Virus record (IMG/VR): IMGVR_UViG_3300012352_000383
Coordinates: 1 to 24,325 of that record
Origin: a virus
Taxonomy: Duplodnaviria > Caudoviricetes
Strand: one strand, 5' to 3'
Length of the DNA stretch: 24,325 bases
Below are positions 1 to 8,220 of this stretch, piece after piece. The notes beneath the pieces were generated by a model. That model was not told the origin of the DNA and ran no database searches. It saw nothing but the letters and a program-made list of their open reading frames with translations. Position numbers and translations under genes: made by a program. Positions within the stretch are counted from its first letter, which is position 1; each line of letters starts with the position of its first letter.

Positions 1-1191
1 GAAAACCAAGAACGCGAAATGCGCAAGCAACAAGAAGCTCTTTTCGAAGCAGCTCCTACTAACGCAGTTGGTTCTTATGGTGACACTGGTGGTATGGCTA
101 AGTTTGATCCAGTATTGATCAGCCTAGTTCGCCGTGCTATGCCTCAACTAATCGCTTATGACATCGCTGGTGTTCAGCCAATGACTCAACCTACTGGTTT
201 GATCTTCGCAATGAAGTCACGCTATGGTTCAATGGGTGGTAACGAAGCATTGTTCAATGAAGCTGATACTGATTTCTCTGGTACTGGTACTCACTCTACT
301 ACTTTAGATGGTGATACTCTAGCATCTCAAACTAACGGTACTGGTTTAGCAACTTCTGCTGCTGAACGTCTTGGCCAAGGTGGTTCTGGTGATGGTTCTT
401 TCGGTCAAATGGCATTCTCTATCGAGAAGGCAAGCGTTACTGCTAAGACTCGTGCTCTAAAAGCTGAGTACTCAATTGAATTAGCTCAAGATATGAAATC
501 TGTTCACGGTCTTGACGCTGAAGGCGAATTGAGCAACATCCTTTCTGCAGAAATCCTAACTGAAATCAACCGTGAAGTTGTTCGTACAGTTTACCGTACT
601 GCTAAAGTTGGTGCTCAAGTTGGTACTGCTACTGCTGGTACTTTTGACCTAGACGTTGACTCTAACGGTCGTTGGTCTGTTGAAAAGTTCAAGGGTCTAT
701 TGTTCCAAATCGAACGCGAAGCGAACGCTGTTGGTCAATTAACTCGTAGAGGTCGTGGTAACTTCATCATCACTTCAGCTGACGTTGCTTCAGCTCTAGC
801 GATGGCTGGTGTTCTAGACTACGCTCCTGCATTGAACACTTCTCTAAACGTTGATGACACAAGCACTACTTTCGCTGGTGTTCTAAACGGCAAGTACAAA
901 GTATATGTTGATCCATATGCTGCTAACATCTCTGCTAACCAGTATTTCGTTGTTGGTTACAAAGGTACTTCTGCATTCGATGCAGGTCTTTTCTACTGCC
1001 CATACGTTCCTCTACAAATGGTTCGCGCAGTTGATCCTAACAGCTTCCAGCCAAAAATTGGCTTCAAGACTCGTTACGGTCTAGTTGCTAACCCATTCGT
1101 TAACTTGGATGATGGTACTGATGGTCAAGACAACTTGACTTCTGATGCAAACTACTACTATCGTAAAGTTAAAGTTACTAACCTAATGTAA
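1..1191 (+). CDS. gp23: Major capsid protein (T4 gp23-like), 5'-truncated by the window edge
   Basis: The frame is open from base 1 (ENQEREMRKQ...). It has gp23 motifs DPVLISLVRR, GVQPMTQPTGLIFAM, KTRALKAEYSIELAQD, FYCPYVPL and FQPKIGFKTRYG. Confidence 0.98.
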   Translation, partial: ENQEREMRKQQEALFEAAPTNAVGSYGDTGGMAKFDPVLISLVRRAMPQLIAYDIAGVQPMTQPTGLIFAMKSRYGSMGGNEALFNEADTDFSGTGTHSTTLDGDTLASQTNGTGLATSAAERLGQGGSGDGSFGQMAFSIEKASVTAKTRALKAEYSIELAQDMKSVHGLDAEGELSNILSAEILTEINREVVRTVYRTAKVGAQVGTATAGTFDLDVDSNGRWSVEKFKGLLFQIEREANAVGQLTRRGRGNFIITSADVASALAMAGVLDYAPALNTSLNVDDTSTTFAGVLNGKYKVYVDPYAANISANQYFVVGYKGTSAFDAGLFYCPYVPLQMVRAVDPNSFQPKIGFKTRYGLVANPFVNLDDGTDGQDNLTSDANYYYRKVKVTNLM

Positions 1192-1238
1192 TCCATTGGG
1201 TTGGTTTCTAAGAAACTGACGATAAGAAGCAGTAATTC

Positions 1239-1265
1239 AAGGGGATCTTAGGATCCCCTTTTTTT
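1239..1265 (+). terminator. Rho-independent terminator after gp23
   Basis: aaggggatc-ttag-gatcccctt followed by a T run. Confidence 0.9.
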
Positions 1266-1271
1266 ATGGAG

Positions 1272-1279
1272 TATAAATA
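1272..1279 (+). promoter_or_regulatory. T4-type late (gp55) promoter TATAAATA
   Basis: Exact TATAAATA immediately after the terminator and 5 nt before the ATG at 1285. A second copy lies at 1383-1390. Confidence 0.8.
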
Positions 1280-1284
1280 CTACT

Positions 1285-1512
1285 ATGTCAAGACTATTAT
1301 TCTTTTATAGAATAAAACAATTTTTATTGTTTTTTCCTTTTCCTGTTTTTCTAGTTATGGGATTTTATAGTCTTATAGCAGATATAAATATTTGTGGTAG
1401 TTATTCTAATGAAATGTCTATAATGTGGTTCTTAATGAGTATAGCACACTGTAGACCTTGGGTTGAATATTACGAAATAAAAAGATGTCCTAACGGTTGC
1501 GGGTGTAAATAA
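1285..1512 (+). CDS. Small membrane protein, Met/Cys/His-rich, unknown function
   Basis: 75-aa ORF with two hydrophobic stretches. It is AT-rich and its stop overlaps the gp3 start (TAATG). Confidence 0.7.
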   Translation: MSRLLFFYRIKQFLLFFPFPVFLVMGFYSLIADINICGSYSNEMSIMWFLMSIAHCRPWVEYYEIKRCPNGCGCK

Positions 1513-2045
1513 TGTCTATTTCAGATTCACTTTTTCCAAACAATATTAATGCGTTGTCACCCAACGGATTTACGTTCAGCATTTCAAAATTGCCGAATGT
1601 TTCGTTCTTCTGTCAACGTGTAATGATTCCATCAATGTCGTTGGCTTCTATTGATAGACCGACACCTTTCGTTAATACACCAATCCCAGGTGAAATCATG
1701 TCGTTCACCGAATTGTCAATTCAATTCCTTATTGACGATAAGTTAGAAAATTATAAAGCTATATACAATTGGATGGTTGCTTTAGGTTTCCCAGAAGACC
1801 ATAGACAATATTCTAATTTTGTAAATAGCCAAGGTGCTACTGTATATTCAGAACTAGCAAGAAACTATTCTGACGCAACAGTTGGTATTCTTGATGCTCA
1901 AAACAACCCTACGAACTTTTTTAAGTTTTACGATTTATTCCCAATTTCATTAGACCCTATTCAGTTAGAATCTACTGCAATGGACGTTAACTATGTAATT
2001 GGTTCTGCAACTTTTAAATATTCATACTTTACAATAGATACTTAA
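1512..2045 (+). CDS. gp3: Tail completion/tail-tube terminator protein (T4 gp3-like)
   Basis: LSPNGFTFSISKLPNVSFFCQ, FLIDDKLENYKAIYNWM and YSDAT..FYDLFPISL motifs; position between gp23 and uvsY. Confidence 0.85.
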   Translation: MSISDSLFPNNINALSPNGFTFSISKLPNVSFFCQRVMIPSMSLASIDRPTPFVNTPIPGEIMSFTELSIQFLIDDKLENYKAIYNWMVALGFPEDHRQYSNFVNSQGATVYSELARNYSDATVGILDAQNNPTNFFKFYDLFPISLDPIQLESTAMDVNYVIGSATFKYSYFTIDT

Positions 2046-2073
2046 TTTCGCTGAAAGCGTGTTGGAGATTATT

Positions 2074-2511
2074 ATGACCCTTGATGAAATACAAAATGAG
2101 TGGGAAAAAGATGCTGAGATTGACGATAACTATCTTGGCGAAAACGCAGTCCTAACTCCCAAACTACATTCCAAATATCTTAAATTGCTTATTGGTGTTA
2201 AACTTAAACACACCAAACTCCAAGCAGACTACAATCAACTCCGTAAAAATAAATTTAGATACTATCGAGGTGAACTTGGTAGAGAAGAGCTACAAGCATT
2301 GGAGTGGGATCAATGGCAAGGTGTTAAACCCTTAAAGAACGAAATGGATGAGTTCTTACAAGGTGATACTGAACTCAATACTTTAAAAGTTCGTATTGAA
2401 TACCTTGAAACAATGATATACCTTTTAGAATCAATCTTAGGACAGCTTAAAGCCAGAGACTGGCAAATCAAATCTGCAATTGAGTGGAAGAGATTCTTAG
2501 CTGGAATGTAA
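2074..2511 (+). CDS. uvsY: Recombination mediator UvsY
   Basis: WEKDAEID, PKLHSKYL and RDWQIKSAIEWKRFLAG motifs. Start moved to ATG 2074, which follows a GGAG SD. Confidence 0.92.
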   Translation: MTLDEIQNEWEKDAEIDDNYLGENAVLTPKLHSKYLKLLIGVKLKHTKLQADYNQLRKNKFRYYRGELGREELQALEWDQWQGVKPLKNEMDEFLQGDTELNTLKVRIEYLETMIYLLESILGQLKARDWQIKSAIEWKRFLAGM

Positions 2512-4019
2512 TGGAAATCGAACAAAATACTTTATACGCAGAAAAGCTAGACGAAGTTTATATTAGAGTTTTTGGAGATGCCTCTTTAGAAAGAGAGCTC
2601 GCTGACTTCTTTACATATGAATATCCTGGCGCAAGGTTTACTCCGCAATACAAAGCACGTTTGTGGGACGGTAAGGTACGTCTGTATGACCAAGTAAGAA
2701 AAACCCTATACGTTGGTTTGTACCAATACTTAGAAAAGTTTTGCGAACGCAACGGTTATGTTTTAAAAAATAAAAACGATATTGTTAATAGCGAACCAGT
2801 CGCTTTAGAAACAGTACAAGAGTTTACTCAATGGTTGAATTTAAGAGGTCGTGGACAGCCTATTGAAATTCGCGACTATCAATTAGAAGCAGTACATACT
2901 GCGTTGAGTAAAGAAAGAACATTACTATTATCGCCAACTGCTTCTGGTAAGTCACTTATTATTTACAGTACGATGCGTTGGCATCTAAATAATAATCGTA
3001 AGTGTGTGTTGATTGTTCCTACTACTTCTTTAGTTGAACAAATGTATGCTGACTTTGAAGACTATTCGTCAGCTAATGACTTTGATGTTAAAGCCCATTG
3101 TCAAAAACTATACAGCGGATTTCCTAAGGAGTTTACTAAAGATGTTCTTATCACCACATGGCAGTCAATTTACTTGCAACCAAAATCTTGGTTCAGACAA
3201 TTTGATGTAATCTTCGGCGATGAAGCACACCAATTCAAAGCGAAATCGCTTACCACTGTTATGGAGAAACTTGATACTGTTAGGTATCGTGTTGGAACTA
3301 CTGGTACACTGGATAATAAAAAAGTTCACCAGCTAGTTCTTGAAGGTATCTTTGGTCCAGTCCACCGTGTAACCACTACTAAAGCACTGATGGATTCTGG
3401 AAGGTTGTCAAACCTAAATATTACTTGTCTGATACTGAAATATAGTGAAGAGATTCGTAAAGAACGTAATAAGAACACGTACCAAGATGAGATGGATTTT
3501 CTTGTAAGCAATGAAAAGCGTAACAAGTTTATTCGGAATCTGGCAGTAAATTCTAAAGGCAATACGCTGGTTCTTTTTCAATACGTTGAAAAGCACGGCA
3601 AAGTTCTATACGATCTTATAAGTAATAAAGTACACGATAAACGACACGTGTTCTTTGTGCACGGAGGCACTGACGTTGCCGATAGAGAATCTATTCGCCA
3701 TATCACAGAAAAAGAAAGCGATGCTATTATTGTTGCTAGTTTTGGTACATTCTCAACTGGGATCAATATACCGTCTATCGAGAATGTCATTTTCGCATCG
3801 CCGAGTAAATCCAAGATTCGTAACCTGCAAAGTATTGGTCGCGGACTAAGATTAAAAGATGGAAAAGAGTCTTGCAACTTATATGATATCGCAGATGACT
3901 TACATTGGAAGTCTTGGAAAAACCATACGTTGAATCATGCAGCTGAACGCTACAAAACGTATGTTGAAGAAGAATTTAAATTAAAAATGGTAGAGGTTAA
4001 TTTATATGATGCAGGATGA
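2511..4019 (+). CDS. uvsW: SF2 DNA helicase UvsW
   Basis: WDGKVRL, RDYQ, SPTASGKS, DEAH, GTTGT and QSIGRGLR motifs. Start set at ATG 2511, overlapping the uvsY stop. Confidence 0.96.
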   Translation: MEIEQNTLYAEKLDEVYIRVFGDASLERELADFFTYEYPGARFTPQYKARLWDGKVRLYDQVRKTLYVGLYQYLEKFCERNGYVLKNKNDIVNSEPVALETVQEFTQWLNLRGRGQPIEIRDYQLEAVHTALSKERTLLLSPTASGKSLIIYSTMRWHLNNNRKCVLIVPTTSLVEQMYADFEDYSSANDFDVKAHCQKLYSGFPKEFTKDVLITTWQSIYLQPKSWFRQFDVIFGDEAHQFKAKSLTTVMEKLDTVRYRVGTTGTLDNKKVHQLVLEGIFGPVHRVTTTKALMDSGRLSNLNITCLILKYSEEIRKERNKNTYQDEMDFLVSNEKRNKFIRNLAVNSKGNTLVLFQYVEKHGKVLYDLISNKVHDKRHVFFVHGGTDVADRESIRHITEKESDAIIVASFGTFSTGINIPSIENVIFASPSKSKIRNLQSIGRGLRLKDGKESCNLYDIADDLHWKSWKNHTLNHAAERYKTYVEEEFKLKMVEVNLYDAG

Positions 4020-4500
4020 GGATTACATAGTTTTAAAACTTATCACTGGTGAAACAGTTATGGCTATGTTCCATGGAGAAGATGAAAGATTTGTTAAGGT
4101 TGAATACCCTATACAAATAAAAACAATGATTGTTCCTGGGATTAATCGTGAATCTGTTCATGCATCACCATATTGTCAATTCAGCGACTCTACAGCTTTT
4201 GTATTAGAAAAAAGTCATATCGTTTACATCAAACGACTTCACCAACAGTTTGTTCCCCACTATAAAAACTTCTTGAAATCTTATGATGAAGCGTTAATAC
4301 CTGCAACAAGGCAATCTTCAGAAGAGATAAAACATCAGCTTGAGGAAATCTTTGGAGACGAGGAAGACACGTTGACAATAGAAGAAGTCAACAGAAGATT
4401 GGATATACTTGAGGCTATTGCAGGAACAACATCATCTCACGAAGAACCAGAGCAAGACGATATCATAAACTTTGTTCCTGGTAACGATACTAAACATTAA
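4006..4500 (+). CDS. Conserved T4-like hypothetical protein (possible Sm-like fold, acidic tail)
   Basis: 164-aa ORF overlapping the uvsW end; N-terminal LKLITGETV motif; position between uvsW and gp55. Confidence 0.75.
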   Translation: MMQDEDYIVLKLITGETVMAMFHGEDERFVKVEYPIQIKTMIVPGINRESVHASPYCQFSDSTAFVLEKSHIVYIKRLHQQFVPHYKNFLKSYDEALIPATRQSSEEIKHQLEEIFGDEEDTLTIEEVNRRLDILEAIAGTTSSHEEPEQDDIINFVPGNDTKH

Positions 4501-4528
4501 TCTTATCAGCATCAACCCCAACACCGTT

Positions 4529-4557
4529 ATTATGCCTCAAAGTCAAATAAAAAGCAA
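4529..4557 (-). promoter_or_regulatory. Minus-strand sigma70-like promoter pointing back into the upstream genes
   Basis: The reverse complement reads TTGCTT-tttatttgactttgagg(17 nt)-CATAAT, matching the phage promoter pattern. Confidence 0.65.
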
Positions 4558-4592
4558 ATAAATCTTACAACTTTGCATACTGTAAATTAAAT

Positions 4593-4621
4593 TTGCTTTT
4601 TTATACCTTTTCAACTATACT
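4593..4621 (+). promoter_or_regulatory. Sigma70-like promoter for gp55-gp47-gp46
   Basis: TTGCTT-N17-TATACT upstream of the GAGG SD of gp55. Confidence 0.7.
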
Positions 4622-4659
4622 ATGACTTATGCCTCTATATTAAAAGAGGAAATATATAA

Positions 4660-5193
4660 ATGGCACACTATGTAAACAACGCTGAGTTTTTGGCAGCACT
4701 TATTGAACACAAAAAGAAAGTTAAGGAAGCAGAAGAAAGCGGATTGCCTAAACCGCAGATTCCTAACTATGTTGGTGAGTGTATTTTAAAAATTGCTAAT
4801 CACTTAGCATACAAACCTAACTTTATCAACTACTCCTATCGTGATGATATGGTTCTTGATGGTATTGAAAATTGCATCCAATATTTGGACAACTTCAACC
4901 CTGATAAATCGAGCAACCCATTCGCATACTTCACCCAAATCATCTACTATGCTTTCCTTCGTAGAATTACAAAGGAAAAGAAACAGTCATACATCAAAGG
5001 TAAGATGATTCAAGATATGCCCTTTGAAGCATTTGAATTACAAGACCAAGATGATTCTGGAGAATTCCATAATCAATATTTGGAGTTTATGCAACAGCAC
5101 GGTACATTCGATGACTCTTTTATTCAACGTAAAGAGAAAAAGAAAAAATCCAAGCAAACAACTTTGGATCAGTTCATTGAGGGCGAAGAATGA
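4660..5193 (+). CDS. gp55: Late-transcription sigma factor gp55
   Basis: HYVNNAEF, KIANHLAYKPNFINYSY and NPFAYFTQIIYYAFLRRI motifs; C-terminal TLDQF resembles the clamp-binding motif. Confidence 0.96.
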   Translation: MAHYVNNAEFLAALIEHKKKVKEAEESGLPKPQIPNYVGECILKIANHLAYKPNFINYSYRDDMVLDGIENCIQYLDNFNPDKSSNPFAYFTQIIYYAFLRRITKEKKQSYIKGKMIQDMPFEAFELQDQDDSGEFHNQYLEFMQQHGTFDDSFIQRKEKKKKSKQTTLDQFIEGEE

Positions 5194-6245
5194 AAGTAGC
5201 GATTATTACTGACCAACACTTCGGTGCTAGAAATGATAGTATCGCATTTCTTGACTTCTTTCAAAAGTTCTATGACAACATCTTCTTTCCAAAATTAGAA
5301 GAAGAAGGAATTGATACAGTTCTAATTCTTGGAGACACTTTTGATAGAAGAAAATATGTAAACTTCTATGCACTACAACGTTCCAAAGAAATGTTCTTTG
5401 ATAAGTTAGCCAATCGTAACATTAAAGTTCATATGCTTGCTGGTAACCACGACACGTATTTTAAAAATACTAATGACGTGAATTCCCCTGACTTACTTTT
5501 AAGAGAGTATGAAAATATCAACGTCATTGATCACCCTGCGACAATCTACGTTGATGAAACCCCAATCTGTATGATGCCTTGGATTTGTCCAGAGAACTAT
5601 CAAGATTCTCTAGACACTATTAAAGATACTAAAGCTGAAATTTGTATGGGTCATTTTGAAATCGCTGGGTTTGCTATGTATAGGGGTATGGAGTCACATG
5701 AAGGACTTTCTAAAGAAACATTCGACAAGTTTGATATGGTTTTCTCTGGGCATTACCATCACCGTTCTGATGATGGACATATTTACTACCTCGGAAACCC
5801 GTATGAACTTACTTGGCAAGACTACAACGATCCCCGAGGATTTCACCTGTTTGATCTTGGAAGTAGGAAACTTGAGTTCATCAGAAATCCTTATAGTATG
5901 TTCGAAAGACTTGAGTATAACGACAAAGAGCAAGAGCCTGTCGATCTAGATGAACTAGACCTTGCAAGTAAGTATGTTAAATTAGTCGTTGCAAATAAAA
6001 CTGACTATTATAAATTTGATAAATTCATACAAAAGTTATATAATAAAGGTTGCTACGATATTAAAATCGTGGAAGATATGTCTGAGTTCCAAGAAGGTGA
6101 GATTGATGAGTCAATCAACCTTGAGGATACTTTGTCTGTTCTTGGTCACTATGTTGACTCGATTGAAACTGACTTAGATAAAGAAAAGATTAAAAATTAT
6201 ATGCGCAGTTTATATACTGAAGCAGTGAACGTTGAGGTTGTATGA
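5190..6245 (+). CDS. gp47: Mre11/SbcD-like recombination nuclease gp47
   Basis: Metallophosphoesterase motifs DQHFG, GDTFD, GNHD, GHF and SGHYH. Confidence 0.96.
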   Translation: MKVAIITDQHFGARNDSIAFLDFFQKFYDNIFFPKLEEEGIDTVLILGDTFDRRKYVNFYALQRSKEMFFDKLANRNIKVHMLAGNHDTYFKNTNDVNSPDLLLREYENINVIDHPATIYVDETPICMMPWICPENYQDSLDTIKDTKAEICMGHFEIAGFAMYRGMESHEGLSKETFDKFDMVFSGHYHHRSDDGHIYYLGNPYELTWQDYNDPRGFHLFDLGSRKLEFIRNPYSMFERLEYNDKEQEPVDLDELDLASKYVKLVVANKTDYYKFDKFIQKLYNKGCYDIKIVEDMSEFQEGEIDESINLEDTLSVLGHYVDSIETDLDKEKIKNYMRSLYTEAVNVEVV

Positions 6246-7960
6246 TTATATTTGAATCTATTGAATGGAAAAACTTTCTATCAACTGGCAATTCATCAAA
6301 CAAAGTTCTACTAACTAAATCACCAACTACTCTTATCATTGGTAAGAATGGTGAAGGTAAATCAACCATCCTTGATGCGTTGTGCTTTGCTCTGTTTGGT
6401 AAACCATTTCGTAACATTAATAAGGGTCAGTTGGTAAACTCAATCAATCAGAAAAACTGCTTGGTTGAAATTAACTTCACTGTTAATAGTAAGTCATATA
6501 AAGTAATTCGTGGCATCAAACCTAATAAGTTTGAAATCTGGTGCGATGATGAGTTACTAAACCAAGACGCAGCTGCAAAAGACTATCAAAAGGTTCTTGA
6601 GCAGCAAATCTTAAAGCTGAATTATAAAACATTCACACAGGTAGTTATTCTTGGTTCAGCTTCTTTTGTTCCATTTATGCAGCTATCGTCTGCTCAACGT
6701 CGTGAAGTTATTGAAGACATCTTAGACATCCGTATCTTCTCGACAATGAATCAATTGTTGAAGGATAAAGCCAATGATACCAAGGCAGAAATCGTACGCA
6801 TCGAAACCGAGATTGCGAATGCGAAGACACAAGTCGAAGCACAAAATGCAATTATTAAAACTATCTCGGATGCGAGGGCAGATAATATTAGATCCATCCA
6901 AGAGAAAATCGCAACAAGCACTGAAGAAGTTAGCCGAACACAACTTGAGGTTGATGACCTTATCGGACAAATTACAAATCTTAAAGATAAGATTAAAGAC
7001 AAGACAAAGGTACAAGAAGACCTCGACAAAGCTAAATCAATCAGAAGTAAACTTCACTCCAAAATTGAAACGTGTGAACATCATAAAGAATTTTTTACTT
7101 CACATGATGTATGCCCCTCTTGTTCTCAGTCTATCCCAGAAGAACACAAACACTCAATCCTCAGCGACCTTAACGAAAAGGTTGCAGACCAAAATTCTAA
7201 AGTTACTGAACTCGAGACCGTTCTTGGGACTCTCAATGAAAGACTATCGAACATTAATTTGGTCTTGGACCAGATTACAGAAAAGAACATTGAGTTATCA
7301 ACAAAGAACTCTGCTATCACCCTTATTAATAAACAAATCTCTACCCTCGAAAGAGAGATTGAAACTCATCAAACGGACACGACAAATATTGATGAGGAGA
7401 AAGCTAAGTTAAAATCTCTTGCGCAAGACGCAATGGAAAAGATTAAATCTAAGACTGCTCTACAAGAACATCGTAATCTTGAAGAGGTTGCTTCCATCTT
7501 ATTAAAAGATACTGGAATTAAGACAGCTATCATTCGTGAATACCTACCAATCATGAATAAGTTAATTAACAAGTATCTAAACCAAATGGATGCTTACATT
7601 CACTTTGAACTTGATGAGGCATTTAACGAAGTGGTGAAGAGTCGTTTCCGTGATGAGTTTACTTATGCAAGTTTCTCTGAAGGTGAGAAGATGCGTATTG
7701 ACTTGGCTATCCTTTTCACTTGGCGTCAAATTGCAAAGATGAAGAACTCAGTTAATACTAACTTACTATTACTAGATGAAATCTTTGATTCAAGTTTAGA
7801 TACAGCTGGTACTGATTATTTCTTGAATCTTATGAACAGCTTTGGTGAAAACACCAACATTTTTGTTATTAGTCATAAAGGTGATCAACTGTTCGATAAG
7901 TTTCGTTCTGTAATTAAGTTTGAAAAACGCAACGATTTTTCAGTTATTGCGCAGGGGTAA
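6242..7960 (+). CDS. gp46: Rad50/SbcC-like ATPase gp46
   Basis: Walker A GKNGEGKS, coiled coil with CPSC zinc hook, FSEGEK signature and LLDEIFD Walker B. Confidence 0.97.
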   Translation: MIIFESIEWKNFLSTGNSSNKVLLTKSPTTLIIGKNGEGKSTILDALCFALFGKPFRNINKGQLVNSINQKNCLVEINFTVNSKSYKVIRGIKPNKFEIWCDDELLNQDAAAKDYQKVLEQQILKLNYKTFTQVVILGSASFVPFMQLSSAQRREVIEDILDIRIFSTMNQLLKDKANDTKAEIVRIETEIANAKTQVEAQNAIIKTISDARADNIRSIQEKIATSTEEVSRTQLEVDDLIGQITNLKDKIKDKTKVQEDLDKAKSIRSKLHSKIETCEHHKEFFTSHDVCPSCSQSIPEEHKHSILSDLNEKVADQNSKVTELETVLGTLNERLSNINLVLDQITEKNIELSTKNSAITLINKQISTLEREIETHQTDTTNIDEEKAKLKSLAQDAMEKIKSKTALQEHRNLEEVASILLKDTGIKTAIIREYLPIMNKLINKYLNQMDAYIHFELDEAFNEVVKSRFRDEFTYASFSEGEKMRIDLAILFTWRQIAKMKNSVNTNLLLLDEIFDSSLDTAGTDYFLNLMNSFGENTNIFVISHKGDQLFDKFRSVIKFEKRNDFSVIAQG

Positions 7961-8001
7961 CACCCTGCAAACCCTTGCAGACACAGGGTCTAAAAAAGTG
8001 C

Positions 8002-8030
8002 TTGCCTTTTATTCAGAAATCCCGTATAAT
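8002..8030 (+). promoter_or_regulatory. Early sigma70-like promoter
   Basis: gtgc-TTGCCT-N17-TATAAT with an upstream A tract; member of a repeated promoter family. Confidence 0.85.
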
Positions 8031-8059
8031 ACTCTTATAGATTGATAGGAGTGTATATT

Positions 8060-8218
8060 ATGTGGGACGATTTTTCCGACTTTGAACTAGCCGAACTCGT
8101 AGGACGCCATGGTATGGCTGATATGATTGAGTTCAACGAAGACCTTCGGTTAACCAACCGTGCTCGTCTTGAACAATATATGACTGAACTTGAACATGAT
8201 TTGGCTTTCGGAGAATAA
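8060..8218 (+). CDS. Small acidic early protein (52 aa), not in ORF track
   Basis: AGGAG SD, then MWDDFSDFELAELVGRHGMADMIEFNEDLRLTNRARLEQYMTELEHDLAFGE*. It fills the gap between the promoter and the next gene. Confidence 0.8.
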   Translation: MWDDFSDFELAELVGRHGMADMIEFNEDLRLTNRARLEQYMTELEHDLAFGE

Positions 8219-8220
8219 AT

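Noticed and set aside
1200-1235. GAAA and CTGACGA after gp23, suggesting a hammerhead ribozyme
   Set aside because: The two motifs abut (gaaactgacga), leaving no room for stems I and III, so the topology does not fit.
1191-1512. Absence of gp24 after gp23
   Set aside because: The gp23-gp3-uvsY-uvsW order is normal for aquatic T4-like phages.
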